Part shown: positions 1-13,325 of the stretch, piece after piece | Position numbering within the stretch: position 1 is the stretch's first letter | Layout of the letters: each line of letters opens with the position of its first letter | Assembly: GCA_047967505.1 (NCBI GenBank) | Contig: CM106538.1 | Reading direction: 5' to 3' (one strand) | Origin: Dipteris shenzhenensis | Lineage: Eukaryota | Length of the DNA stretch: 64,000 bases | Made by a program: the position numbers and the translations under genes | The notes under the pieces: model-generated | The model's database searches: none | What the model was told of the DNA's origin: nothing | Seen by the model: only the letters and a program-made list of their open reading frames with translations

Positions 1-1790
1 ACAGTTTGGGATGGTCCCTGTATTGCTTCTTGAAAAACTTCCAGTTAGCTTTGTCTGCCCAGCTGGGTTTAGCCTTCCCCTTTGCGATGGAAGTATGCAA
101 GGTTGACCTCTGATGCTTCAAGAGGACCCCCATGTGCTCTTTCATGTAATCTGAACTCTCAATTTGGGAGGTTAGGATATTATCTTTTCAATTCATCAAT
201 GATTGCCTGCTTCTTTTGGTCATCTTGGTACCGCCAGTCAGTAGTTATGCTGCTCCTAAAGCGATGGTTTATCAACCGCCTCATGGTGGCCAGCACTGCT
301 ATTGAGCCCTTTTTATTTTCTATTATCTCTCTAGCAACCATGATTTCATAGGAGAGGTCCTCGGCTGGGTAAGGAGGACTCATGGTAGTGGCAGAGTCAG
401 AGTGAGCGGTGTTACTGCAAGCGCTTACGGAGTGAGGAGTAGTAGTGGAGTAGGAGAGGGCAAGGGATCTGACTAGTATTGGGTCTCGGGACCAAGTAAA
501 GACCTATAGGGATGTGAGTATGCTGACTCGTCTACATCTCCTGAGTCAACACAACATAAGCGACCCTTCCTACTCTTCCTTCCCTTATGATGGGCATGCC
601 CAGGTGATGACCCCTCAGTTGAAGGGGCTAGAGGGGATGGCTGGTGGATAGTAGGTCCAGCCATCGGTGTAGGAGAGGGATTTGTTGAGGTCCTCTAGGA
701 TAGCAGAGACAAGAATCTCACTGCCTCTGCATCAGTCATCTGTGCGACAAACTTGTCGGGACTCTCGACAAAGCCATGGGCTGCTAGCAAAGGAGTTTCC
801 CAAGGGGTAGTCACAGTGCTACGTCTGAGAGGAGCCAGGGGTAGTCACAGTGCTATGTCTGAGAGGAGCCAGGGGTAGTCACAGGGGTAACTCAGGGGTA
901 AACCCCTGAGGTGTCGCCTGACTAGATTCAAAGTCATCTGGAGAGTAGAGAGCATGATGTCTCCTTCTACGAGGGTTTTTGTACTCGTTGGACGTGCGAC
1001 ATGATCCCATGTCTAATTTGGGGGTATTGGACAAACATAGACACAAACACAAAGATAGAAAACAAAAAACCAAAAACAAGAGCGGGTAAGAAGCGGATAG
1101 ACAATTAATTACTTAAGACGATTATGAAATTCAAACTTAAGAAATTATGAAAAGGCAATTAATCACTTGTGAAAATTATGAAATGACATCAATGCAAAAA
1201 GGATAAACATGAAAGAAGGATTATTTACTTAAGACAATTATGAAAAGCTAGTTTTGAAATGACTAATATTTATGAAAGACAAGTGGAATCCAATGAGATT
1301 TTCATATATATATATATAAATTAGAGACCAAAAGCACGTCTCCAAAATTATGTATATAAAAAATATGTCTCCAAAAGTATGCTTAAGCAAAATTTGTCTC
1401 CAATATAGGTCAACTACTCTGTGTTACTGTTTGAGGTGCTTTCCTCCTCCGTACTGCTAGGTGGGTCACTGGGGACCTCATCCTCCACCTCTTCTAATAT
1501 GCGATCATGCTCTTCAGTGATTATGTACTCGCAATCCACGAATGCCTCCACACAATCCATTATGTCCTTTACACGATCATATTTGAGGCTCCACCGGTTG
1601 TGGTAGTCTCTCTACAACCTACGAAGATTCCATAGATTGTGTCGTGCATTCCTCAATCGCCCTTGCTCCACTACCCTTCGGCTTCAACCCCACCTAGAAG
1701 CAAGCACCCCCACGTTGTACTTCACCTAGTCACTCTCTTGTGCAATCTTCTCTTTTACATGAGCTAGCAGAGAAGCTATGTCTATAATCC
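1..1790 (-). pseudogene. Degenerate transposon ORF, probably CACTA TnpA/Ptta-like, fragmented and running off the left edge
   Basis: Minus-strand frame around 1-383 reads ...TTDWRYQDDQKKQAIIDELKR*YPNLPNWEFRLHERAHGVLLKHQRSTLH...PSWADKANWKVFQE, which resembles CACTA ORF2 proteins; a further acidic coding-like block lies at about 1420-1790; in-frame stops. Confidence 0.35.
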
Positions 1791-1879
1791 CTACAACGTG
1801 GGGAACCGGGTTGGGGTTTAGGGAGGACACCCATGGGTGAGGGCTAAGGAGAATCTGTTTGAAAAAAAAAAAAACCAAA

Positions 1880-3290
1880 TACGGCTAAGGAGCATGTGAA
1901 AAAAGAAACGAATATGAATAAGAAGAGGGGAAAAGAAGAGAAGCATAAACATAAGCATAAGCATAAGAGAAGCATAACCATATGCATAAGAGAAGGAAAA
2001 ACATAAGCATAAGAGAAGGAAGAGGGGAAAAGAGATTGAAAGAGAGGAAAAAGAAGAGGGGAAAAGAGCATAAGAGAAAAAGAAAGAAAGCATATGCTTA
2101 TGCTTATGCATGAGCATATGAGCATAAGAGAGAAAGAGAGAAAGCATATGCTTGTGCTTATGCATGAGCATATGAGCATATGCTCATGCATAAGCATAAG
2201 CATAAGCATAGGCAAATACATATGCTTATGAAAAGAGGAGAAAAAGAGATTGAAGGAGAGGGGAAAAGAAGAGAAAGAAAGGAGAAGGAGAAGGAGAAGG
2301 AGAAGGAGGGGAACAATACAAGAGGAAAAGAGCATAAACATAAGAGAAGGAAGAGAGAAAAAGAGCATAAGCATAAGAAAAGGAAGAGGGGAAAAGAGAT
2401 TGAAAGAGGGGAAAAAGAGATTGAAAAGAGGGGAAAAGAAGAGAAGGAGAAGGAGAAGGAGAAAGAGGGGAACAATACGAGAGGAAAAGAGCATAAGTAT
2501 AAGAGAAGGAAGAGGGAAAGAGATTGAAAGAGGGGAAAAAGAGATTGAAAAGAGGGGAAAAGAAGAGAAGGAAGAAGGAAAAATGAGATTGAAAGAGGGG
2601 AAAAAGAAAAGGGGAAAAGAGCATAAGAGGAGAAAAAGAGGAGAAAGAGAGATTGAAGGAGAGGGGAAAAGGACAGAAGGAAAGGAGAAGGAGACATATG
2701 CTTATGCTTATGCTTATGCATGAGCATATGAGCATATGCTCATGCATAAGCATAAGCATATGCATAGGCATATGCTTATGGAAAAAAGATAAGGAAGACG
2801 GGAAAAGAGATTGAAAGAGGGAAAAAAGAAGAGGGGAAAAGAGTATAAGAGAAAAAGAAAGAAAGCATATGCTTATGCTTATGCATGAGCATATGAGCAT
2901 AAGAGAAAAAGAGAGAAAGCATATGCTTGTGCTTATGCATGAGCATATGAGCATATGCTCATGCATAAGCATAAGCATAAGCATAGGCAAATACATATGC
3001 TTATGAAAAGAGAAGAAAAAGAGATGAAGGAGAGGGGAAAAGAAGAGAAGGAAAGGAGCCATATGCTTATGCTTATGCATGAGCATATGAGCATATGCTC
3101 ATGCATAAGCATAAGCATAGGCATAGGCATATGCTTATGAAAAGAAGATAAGGAAGAGGGGAAAAGAGAAGAGAGGGAAGAAAAAGGAGAGGGGAAAAGA
3201 GCATAAGCATAAGAGAAGGAAAAGCATAAGCATAAGCATAAAAGAAGGAAAGAGGAAAAGAGGGGAAGAAGAGGGTATAAGAGAAGCAAG
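1880..3290. repeat. Low-complexity array of GA-rich tracts alternating with GCATAA/TTATGC hexamer palindromes
   Basis: Recurrent core (TTATGC)n-ATGAGCATATGAGCATATGCTCAT-(GCATAA)n near 2150, 2700, 2925 and 3062, separated by purine-rich blocks; the ORFs here are compositional artefacts. Confidence 0.85.
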
Positions 3291-3639
3291 GTAAAGAGAG
3301 GATTCCTACGCCCATCACTACAGCTAGCGCTTAAGGAGTTAGCTATAGGCCAATGCAAATAACAAAAACAACAAATGGAAAAAGACGAAGCACTTTCTTA
3401 CCTGGAAAAGTCCCTCTCAGTGTTTCATGGACTGGCCCTACAAAAAAGAGGAAACATGTACCATTTTTTTCGATAACTAGTTAGAGGAAGGAGGAGTTTG
3501 GAGAAGCAACTTTTCAAAGGGATTGGATTGAGGAGACAAGCATAAGCCTACAAACAAGGAGAAAGAGGAGGAAGAGAAATACCAAAAAGAGAAGAGGTGA
3601 GTCTTCTTTCTTTCACCAAACCTTGTTTTTTATCCTTAA

Positions 3640-6600
3640 CCTTACCACCAGAATGCTGGACAACTTCCATGCCCAAAAAATAGGAGAGAAGACCGAAATC
3701 GGTCATCTCGAATGTGGTGCTGAGTTGTGTTTTAATGGATTGAAGCGTGATGGTGGTAGAGCCCAAAAGCAAAAGATCATCTACATAAAGTAAGATAAAG
3801 CAGACCCCCTCTAAAGATTGATGTATATATAAATTCGGATCAAAAGGAGTGGAATGAAACCCATTAGTTTTGAGGAAGGTGTCTATTCAGTGGAACCAGG
3901 ACCAAGGTGCTTGTTTAAGCCCATAAAGAGCTTTGCGGAGATGGAATACCTTATTTTCATGGCCAAGAGGAGAAAAACCTGGTGGGGGAGCCATATAGAC
4001 TTCCTCATCGAGGTAGCCATTGAGAAAGGCACTCTTGACATCCATCTGATAGATAGACCAGCTGTAATGAGTGGCTAGAGCGAGGAGGAGGCGAAAGGAT
4101 GTCAACCGAGCAGTAGGTGCAAAGGTTTCCTCATAATCGATACCATGTTTTTGGCAAAATCCTTGCACTACTAAGTGAGCTTTGTACTTGTCGAGGGTTC
4201 CATCTGCTTTGAGTTTTGTTCGGAAGATCCACTTTGTTCCTATGACCTTTTTGTGACTGGGTCGATCGACCAAAGTCCAGGTCTCATTGTGATCAATGCT
4301 CTCATGCTCCTGTTCCATGGCACGATGCCACTCAAGATGTTGAACTGCTTCCTGCCAAGTGGCGAGTTCAGAATGTATGATATAAGCTGTGGTAAAAAAA
4401 GAGGCAGTGGTAGGGGAAGAAGCTGTCTAGGTAGAGCGGCGAGGACCGGGAGGAGGAAGTTCTAGGGGAATAATCCCGGAATCCTTCATAGTTTGTCGAT
4501 ACCAGCATGGCAGTGGGTCCTGAGAAGAGGATCCGGGAATTGGAGAAGCAATGGGTGGGGAGAAAGAAGTTTTGGGGGGAGAGAAAGAGGTTTCGAGGGG
4601 AACGGGGATAGGTGCATCATCAGTAGGGAGAATAGAGGAATTTTTTAGAACATCTCTTTCATTGAAGACCACATCACGGCGAACCAAAACTTTGTTTGTG
4701 CGAGGATGAAATAAGCGATAAGCCAATGAAAAGTAGAAGTTCAGCACGAGGTTCTAGTTTCTTGCGAGTATCATTGGGAGCATGAATGTACGCGCAGCAT
4801 CCAAAGATGCAGATATGAGAAATAGAGGGTCAGTAGCCATAGAAAGCCTCAAAAGGCATCATGTTCGGGATGGGCTCAGTAGGGCAACGATTAAGGAGAT
4901 AGAAAAAAGTGTTCACGGCTTCCGGCCAAAGACGTTCGGGCAACTCGACTGCAAAAAGCATGGAGCGTGCCATATTCATGACTGTGCGCTGTCTCCTTTC
5001 AACATGAGCATTTGGGGCGGGCGAATTGGGAGATGTGAGATGGCATTGGATACCATGCTCATGAAGGAAGTGAATGAATTCATGGGAAATAAATTCACCA
5101 CCATTATCACTACGAGCAATCCCAATAGGCTTCCCTGTTTGATTCATGATCAATCGAGCCCAAGTAGCAAAAGAAGGAAAAAGTGTCAGATTTCTCTTTC
5201 ATGAAGAACACCCATTGATATCGAGAGTAATCATCCACAATTAAGAAGAAATATTGTGAGCCATTTCATGAAGGAACAGGAGATTTGCCACTAATATCAA
5301 GGTGGATTAGACGCAATATCTCACTGGCTCGAGAAGTGGAATGAGGAGGAAAAGGAGTTCTGCTTTGTTTGCCTAATTGGCATGGACGGCAAATATCTTT
5401 GGCTCGCGATTATTGAGGTAGGCCATTAACCAAATGATCATGAGACATTTCATATAAAGAGTCATAGGACAAATGTCCCAGATGATAATGCCACAACCGT
5501 TCTGTGTCAGTCGGATCTTTTAGGGTAGCAAGACCATGAAGCCGATGAAACTCAGAGCCGGTATTGGAGGGAGTCTCAAGAAATTGTGTCATGAGGTACT
5601 GAACATGAGCTCAGTTGGGCTTCACCTTGGGCTAATCTCCCTGAGCTAAAAGGAGTCCCGATGTCTCATCTATGATTTCGACATGCATCTTTGTAAATAG
5701 CACCGTGCGGTCAAGAAGGCAAAGTTGATGGACGGAAAGAAGATTGACCCCTAATTGCGGGACATAAAACACTTGATCCAATTGAACAAGATTGGGTCCT
5801 TTGTTGGTATCAAATTTGATTGAACTAGCACCACGAGTAGGAGCGATAGAGTTATTGCCACAGCGGACTCCCCCTATTGCCGGTTGGTGAGAAATGAAGA
5901 GATCACGATGAGGGGTCATATGACGAGTGGCTCCACTATCCACAATCCAAGGGGCTTTATGGCCACATGGTAGAGTATGAAATGTTGATCCAGATATGGA
6001 TGGGGAGGAGTCAAGCTCGGTGATATGGATCAAGGCCTGGGATGTGAAGTCTAGAGAATCTCTAGTACACCAGTCAGACACGCCTTTGGGAGTGATGGAG
6101 GGGATGGGGTGAACTGATTAGTGACATGGCCCTATGGTCTCCAAGGGCTAGCGTTAGGTGGAGGAGGACCACTCCTAGGGTGCCAATGAGGTGGCAGAGG
6201 AGTCGTGTTGGGGGGCTATGGGAGAATGCCTTTGGCTTTGGAGCGACATTCATCATCAACATGCCCAACTTTCTAGCAATGCTGACAAAACCAGTTCCTT
6301 TTGGGAAGGTTGTGCCAGGCGGGTTTAATACCATAGAAATTATTGGAGTTAGGAGTGGGAGAGGGCTTCCGAAAGCTGAGTTGATCTTTTTGAATCCCAG
6401 AGAGAAGAGCCCCCTCTGAAGTAGTAACACTATTTTTTTGGTGAACCTGCGAGAAGAGATGAGCATAACGCAAGAGTTGACATTCGAACTCATAAAAGGT
6501 AGGAAGGGAGGGTTGAGAAATGATTTGCTGCATAAAACTAAAGTACTTAGGTGGGAGTTTTTTCAAAAAGAAAGTAACTTGGTCATCCTCGGATTTGGGA

Positions 6601-8559
6601 GGACCAGTTGTGGCGAATTCAGCAATTAACCGCCGATAGTCTGCTAGCTTTACCTTGAGATCATCATCATCACTAATCTGGAATTCTTGGAGATCGTGGT
6701 CAAGATTGATGTGATGAGTATGATCTCCGGCTGCATAGCGGTCAGTGAGATATGCCCATCGCTCAAAGGCAAGGTCAAAATGTTGCAATTGAGAGTGAAA
6801 TTCAGGCAAAAGCCCTTGCATGATTTCGACAATGGTAGTGGCATTACGATGCCGCCATGAGCAAACTACCTGATCAGGATAAACATGAGGATCAGGTTGC
6901 GGTTTAGTACCTTGAATGAGTTCCCATAAGTCTTGAGAATCAAGCACATGATGCATGAGATTTGACCAAGTGGTATAATTAGAACCGTTAAAACGAGTCA
7001 TATTAGTAAAAGCATGTTTGGCTGTTGCAAAGACCAGGTGAGAGGAAGAAAGGGAATGATAGGGAGAAACAATCGGTGGATGCATGAGAGGAATCAAGAC
7101 AGGAGTGGAGTGAGAAGGTGGGAGAGGCGGCACCGTCGGAGGAACAAAAGGATTAAGAGAAGGCCCTGAGGGGGAGGGATAAACATGGGAGGCAGGATAC
7201 GACATGAGAGGGGAAAAAGGGGATAGAGGGAAAAAGGCTATAGGAGCCCAGTGGCATGGCAGAAGATGGAGGATGAGAAGCCATTGGAGGGAAGATGGCA
7301 GCAGAAGATATGAGAGGGATGGGAGGGAAGGAAGAATGAGAATCGAAAGCAAACTCATTGCCTGACGAATTTCTCCTTTCTTGTCTACGAGTGTTCACAT
7401 GCATGTATGGATCTGTGTCCTTGTGATTACTCATTCCTATGCCTTGCATAACAAACGGATTTGCACCAAAGGGATAGGGCAACATACCTTGCACTGATTC
7501 TTGTGGGATAGGCATTGTCGAATAACCCATTGTCCTCATGCCGGCCTGTCCTCTTTTGTCAAAATATACTTGTTCTTCATTGGCACTGAACTTGAAATGT
7601 TGCTCTGCTTCTTCCGAGCTAAATAGAGGTCCTTGTTGATGTATTGGAGAAAGTCGTGGAGAAGAAGAAGCTTGGGGTGTGTAGGCACCTGCTTCAAGTT
7701 CCTTCCATTTCTAAAATTCAGCAAATTCTTTAATGAGTTTGGAGAGGTATTCATCACCTTCGATCCTTGCAAACTCTCTCTCGACATATGACAAGGGTGG
7801 TGGTTGAATAGAGGTCGATTCGGGCTGATATCGCTTTGGGGAAGAAGGAGAAGACATCTTCAGTTGATGATCTATCTTCCAAGATTTCCAGGTCAAGGCT
7901 CAGGTGTCAGCAAGCACACCTTGCTCTGATACCATATAAAGAAAGTTCTTGGAGATAAATAAGACAACACTAAAGATGAAAGATAGCTGAAGAAGAAATA
8001 TATATCACCAAAGGAACTCAATACAAGAGAAGAGATATCTGCAAAAGAAATTGTGGAGGGAGCGAACAACAGTCTTCCAGAGCAGTCAATTGAAGTGGGC
8101 TCTGCACTAGCTCCACAAGTTGGAACTAAACCAGATCTGAGTCAGCAACCTATTGCTAGAAGAGCAAAGGTTTATTGCAGATCTACAAAGAAGGGTAGCA
8201 ACAATAGAGGAGTAAGTCAATGCTGATCTAGAGTAGCTGCAGGAGAGGATGATGGAGCAGAGGCAGAGGAGATGATGAAGCGGAGGCAGAGAAGTTGGAG
8301 AGGATGCAAGAGTAGAGGCAGAGGAGGTAGAGATGTTGGAGTGTAGGTGTGCAGCAGCCTGTTTCAAAAGTCATCTGGTAGCCAGGGGGCTACTGCCTTT
8401 TATAGGCCTGACCCATGAGGTCGACCAGCTGGTCGGCCAGTTCTAGTTGGCCAGTAATGGTTGGCCATTTTCGGCCTTTCTGGCCACTTGTTTGGCCATG
8501 GCCTTTTTGGCCACTTGTTTGGCCCTGGCTTCTGCATTTAGAGATTGCCTGGCTTAACA
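3640..8559 (-). mobile_element. Ty1/Copia LTR retrotransposon, degenerate, 3'-truncated within RT (no RNase H, PPT or 3' LTR)
   Basis: gag (FNGSNYTTWS...WELIQG; zinc knuckle start FCQHC), protease (WIVDSGATRHM), GAG-pre-integrase (LWHYHLGH), integrase ([17 protein letters not shown]), RT (KWIFRTK, QMDVKSAFLNG, LYGLKQ); PBS and 5' LTR upstream. Confidence 0.93.
7935..8559 (-). repeat. 5' LTR of the minus-strand Copia
   Basis: Begins TGTTAAG on the minus strand at 8559 and is immediately followed by PBS TGGTATCAGAGCAA (7934-7921, tRNA-iMet type); ends TA rather than CA. Confidence 0.7.
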
Positions 8560-8752
8560 CACAATTGTATGAGGGTGCTAGGATGTCTAAACTACAGGCT
8601 TGTCTCTCAATCTTGAAACTACAAGCAAAGTATGGGTGGTCAGATACAAGTGTCTTGGCCTTAATGAGGTTGCTCTAGAAGATGTTGCCTACACCAAATA
8701 CCATGCCTATATCAAGAGATGAATCAAAGAAGATGCTAACAACGGTGGGTTG
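8560..8752 (+). pseudogene. CACTA/En-Spm Tnp2 transposase N-terminal fragment
   Basis: TQLYEGARMSKLQACLSILKLQAKYGWSDTSVLALMRLL*KMLPTPNTMPISRDESKKML matches the conserved PLY.G...SKL...GWSD.S...MLP..N region of En/Spm transposases. Confidence 0.8.
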
Positions 8753-8755
8753 ACA

Positions 8756-10060
8756 TAGATGATATGCCACTCACTTCCTCCACTTGGGCAGGTATTTTTA
8801 CGCGAGGCAGTGTTCTGCTTCAAGTTTTGGCCTTTCGAGATGCACAGGAGGATGCTTGAGTTTTTAGTGTCCAGGATGGTGGCAGATTGCTTAGGTCCAC
8901 AGAGGACATCTTGCTTGAGTCTGCTTTTCAGCCTATCAGGGTTGTAGGTCTTTTGGTGCAAGGATCAGATTTAGAGTGGTTCCTAGACCCAAACCCCTAG
9001 CTACTCTCCACTGGGTCTTGGAGGCTCTGGCTCTATGGGGGAGTTCCCATCAGGTATTTGTAGTGGGACCCTGGAGAGTGGGAGTGGACTGATGCAGGGC
9101 ATCGGGAGAAGAGCATCCCCTTCTTTCGTTACACGGTCAGTAATGCCAGGAGATATCAGCTCAGTAGTAGAGGTTGGAGACCTTTTAGAGTTCCTCATTG
9201 GGAGACATTTGATATCACTGCAGATTTGCAGGTTTCTGGAGGAGACTCTGGAAATCCCATAGGAATAGAAAGATCACTATCTTCTTTTGGATTTCTATCC
9301 ATGGTGGGATTGCAGTGAACCTTTGGAGGTCCAGGTTCGGAGCCCACCCTACTTGCCCCCGATGCCTCTCTGCTTCGGAGACTATTCAGCATTGCTTATG
9401 GGATTGTAGACAAGCGAGGATGATTTGGATGGGGGTAGCCAGGATTTTCAGTCACTTTGCCCACTCCCCATTTTTTATGACATGGGGCTCAGTGGCTTGG
9501 CTTTCTCTTACAAGGCCTCAGGTATTCTATGAGAGATTTGACTCCTCTCGGGCCATTTCTATTCGACGTCAGTGGACTGAGTCCTATTCGTTGGATGTGG
9601 TACCACACCTTCCTTTTACAGCTGTACGTGCCTCTGTGGATACTTCTTGGGAGATTCTAGTGAGCATAGCATCCTAGCATATCTAGAGAGCTAGATGCAC
9701 AGAGGCTTTTGAGGGTACTCAATTTCATCCCTCGCACACATTGGCTAGTATCTGGACAGATATCTGGACAGATACCGTACATACTTTGATGGCTGTATGG
9801 ACAGGTATGCAGGGAGACTCCCGTGCAGCCTTAGCTAGGAGGGCTTCTTTCTTCAGGGAATGGAAGGATTCTCCTTTCTTCTCTGAGACTACTACAGGGT
9901 TGAGGTGGCACTTTCAGCCTCAGCCTTGGTTGTTTTCCACCTCACTCTGAGGGGGTTTTTATTTATCCTCATGATTTCATGATGTATTCCGCTTTGAGCT
10001 TGCTCTCGCGGGTTTTTTCTCTTACTTAATAGAAGTCTCTTTCTTGGAAAAAAAAAAAAA
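8756..10060 (+). mobile_element. 5'-truncated LINE (L1-like) 3' end with zf-RVT region and poly(A) tail
   Basis: WKSHRNRKITIFFWISIHGGIAVNLWRSRFGAHPTCPRCLSASETIQHCLWDC (zf-RVT motif); A-tail 10048-10060; same family as 40893-41729. Confidence 0.85.
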
Positions 10061-10099
10061 CAAGAAAACTTTCTTATTTCTATAGTGCATGCATCATAG

Positions 10100-10630
10100 A
10101 GGATCATGACAATTGTTAGAACATTGCAACTGTGAAGAGATGGGAGGCAGTTCAAGTTTTTCCTCTATGTGAATATGGACTGATAAACAATGGAGAGATA
10201 AAAAATGACTCACCATAGTATGGGGAGTGTTTTGATGACCTCAATAAGACTGTCTGGAAGAGGGGGATGACTTTGCAATTTTGTCTCGTTGACACTAGGG
10301 AGAACAAGAAAGATGATGCATACTTTATGTTATAGTGTACCAAAACCAAGCACAAGGTTGAGGAAGCATTTAAGGATAATTGGGGAACAAGCTATGAGAA
10401 GTGGGATGTAGTAGTTGGAGCTATCTGGTACAAAAAAACATCCAAGAGCCCACAATTACATTCTATTACACAAGACTCCGCAAACATTTGTGTACTCTCA
10501 TCTAGTAAGAGCTATTAATTTCTAGTGTTGCAAGCTATGCCTAGATGAAAGAAGGGCAAGAGTGTCTTCAAAATAGATTTACACATGCATGAGCACATCA
10601 AGGGTGTCTTGCAATATTGGATGACTAAGA
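10100..10630 (+). pseudogene. Degenerate coding remnant, possibly the C-terminal domain of a DNA transposon protein
   Basis: Frame reads ...DDAYFML*CTKTKHKVEEAFKDNWGTSYEKWDVVVGAIWYKK... with scattered stops; family not assigned. Confidence 0.35.
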
Positions 10631-11159
10631 TAGCACAAGAAAATGCATTCTCAATGTGTGGGTGTAGTTAACCAAGAAAAATATATTCCACTTATCCTAG
10701 AAAAATGGAAAATGTATTTACAATTACCTTCTATTTAGTAAATCGCAAACCCATCATGCCTGTTTTACAACCATTGCACTTTGTTTTAGTAAATCCCATA
10801 CCTACCGTGCTTGTTTAATGTACATCCCCATCGCACTTGTTTTACAAAACCACTATGCTTGTTTTTTACACTAACTCCCAAACCCACCACCACACTTGTT
10901 TTAGTAAATCCCAAACAACCTATGCTTGTTTTAGTAATCTCAAATGAGGGAAAATGTATGCGACTTATCTTGTAAAACCATCAGGCTAGTGACCATAAAT
11001 ATTAAATTAATGAACTGTATGCCATTCATCTTGTAATAATTGAAGGAAACCACTGCACTAGTGGCATTTAATCCTAAACTATGTATTGTGTGCAACCAAC
11101 CACCGCGCTGGTTACAAACCTAAAAAAACATTTATAAAAATAACTTGTATAAATGCAAT

Positions 11160-13325
11160 TGTCGATATGTCCCTTGAGGGGTCCCCTTTAGGGTAAAGCT
11201 CCATATTAGCATGCCACCATGCCAGCATGCTGGCAATTATTTTTGGGGCAAAACAAGCAATCTAGTCTCAGTCACACTGTGGTGCCCTCACCTTTAATAA
11301 GAAGGCCAAATTTTACTCGACTTCTAAATTTTAGAAATGGTGGACTTAGTTTGAAGCCCAAATTTTTTTAAGTCCTTCTAATGAAGCTTTACATGCTAGC
11401 AAAGAATGTTAGCAAAATATAGCACTACCCGAGTGGAGGCATGTGATTAATTGGTATTATTTGGATGGCACCACACCGTGGTGGCTTGAATTTTGATTAA
11501 TTTAAGGTGGCTCATTATCATGATTAATTGAAGATGGCTCATGATTATTTGGATGGCACCACTAGGCCTCTAATCACCGTGGTGACTCAAATTTTGATTA
11601 ATTTAAGGTGGATCATTATTATTTAGACGATTATAAAGAGTGCCATTGTTATTACTTAACCATGTCCCCTAACATGCAGAATGCTATTTGGCTACTTTTC
11701 TCTCATCCACCCCTACTCTGCTACTTTGCTCCATGCTCCCTCCTCTAGCTCTCATCCACTCCAATGCTCACCCACTCTTTTTACCTCTTCATTATCACCA
11801 TGGCAAGAACCAAAGCCAATAATATTAATCCCCCTCAATCAACGTGATCCCAATTGTCTACTTTTTTGTACAAGATCATTGTATTACACTCGACAAGAAT
11901 TGAAATGCCTACTCTCGTGGATAGGCTTCCCTCAACATCTCCGTGTCATCACCTTGGATGGCATGTATGCAGTTGGCTTGTGTATGGCTATGTTCTATGG
12001 ATTCTCTAGAGATGTTGACAAAGGGATAAGGACTTTCAAGACAGAGTTTTATTGTGTTGTTATCGGCCCCAACCCTAGATTTTGACTCCTGCAATTGTGC
12101 AAGTCTTTGGCCTCTCCATCATCTCCTCCTTTGCCTCTCCGAAAATTTGGATGTAGCAAGCTCGCCTCTATGAATACGATAATGTATAGTGGTCTATCAT
12201 CGAGGCTCTTAGCAATACTGAGCTGTACAAGTATCGCCTTTGAAACTTTTACTCAATGAGGATCATAACCATTCACTAATGGGCTGAGTGGTTATCCTTG
12301 TCGAGTGTAATCTTTTAGGCTCTTGCCAATGGTTGGGTGGTTATCCTCACCAAATGTAATCTTTTATTTTTAATTTAATATAAAACTATTATGGGAAATG
12401 TTATCTTTGGATATAATCTCTTTTGTTTTAATTTTTGTTCGATGAGACTCTCAACAATTGTTGAGTTGTTATTATCTATCCTTGGATGTAGACATAATCT
12501 CGTTTGTTTAATTTTTGCTCGATGAAGGTTCTCAATAATTGCTAATTTGTTATAAACCATCTTTGGATGTAGATGTAATCTCTTTCGTTCAAATTTTTCT
12601 CGATGAGGCTCTCAACAATTGCAGAGTTGTTAGTTGTTATAAACTGTCTTTGGATGTAGATGTAATCTCTTCTGTTTAATTTTTGGTCGAGTTGTTAATA
12701 GTTATACTCATCGGGAACATAATATCTTTTAAGTTTTAATTTTAATATACATAATACTATTATCGCAATTGTTGCTAGTAGTAGTCATTGTTGGTAGCAG
12801 TCATTGCTAATTATAATCATTGCATAAGCAATTGGTACATAAGAAAATACCTTGTTCTTGGTTTTAGGATTAACTACAAGCAACTTTGAAATAGTTCCAA
12901 GAACCAGCACGGTGGTTGCAAGGAAATACATTTTCCTTGTTTTGGGATTAACTGCAACCCACATTGAAAAAGAGCCTGGTTTTAGGATTAATTGCAAGCA
13001 GCGATAAAATAGTTCCATGAACTAGCCCGGTGGTTACAAGGAAATACATTTTTCTTAGTTTAGGATTAACTGTATCCTACACTACGATAGAACTAGCACG
13101 GAGGTTACACAATGAAATAAATTTTCCTTGGTTTAGGATTAAAATTTAACCACTCATTTCAAACTATTAATTGCACTCTCATTACACTATAACAACATGC
13201 TATTCCAGCCATCGGATTGGTTTTAAACCTATTCAATGGCACAATAAGAACATAAATTAAGCTATACGTGGCATGTTGATATGGACATTGCCCCTAAAGG
13301 GAACCCCTCAAGGGCTACATCAACA
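11160..13325. mobile_element. Putative non-autonomous TIR element bounded by about 58-bp imperfect inverted repeats
   Basis: 11160-11217 tgtcgatatgtcccttgaggggtcccctttagggtaaagctccatattagcatgccac is the approximate reverse complement of 13268-13325; internal short repeats at 11440-11620, 12400-12700 and 12840-13140. Confidence 0.55.

Noticed and set aside
1818-3358. Many long overlapping ORFs (up to 286 aa)
   Set aside because: Products of GA-rich and hexamer repeats; low-complexity translations
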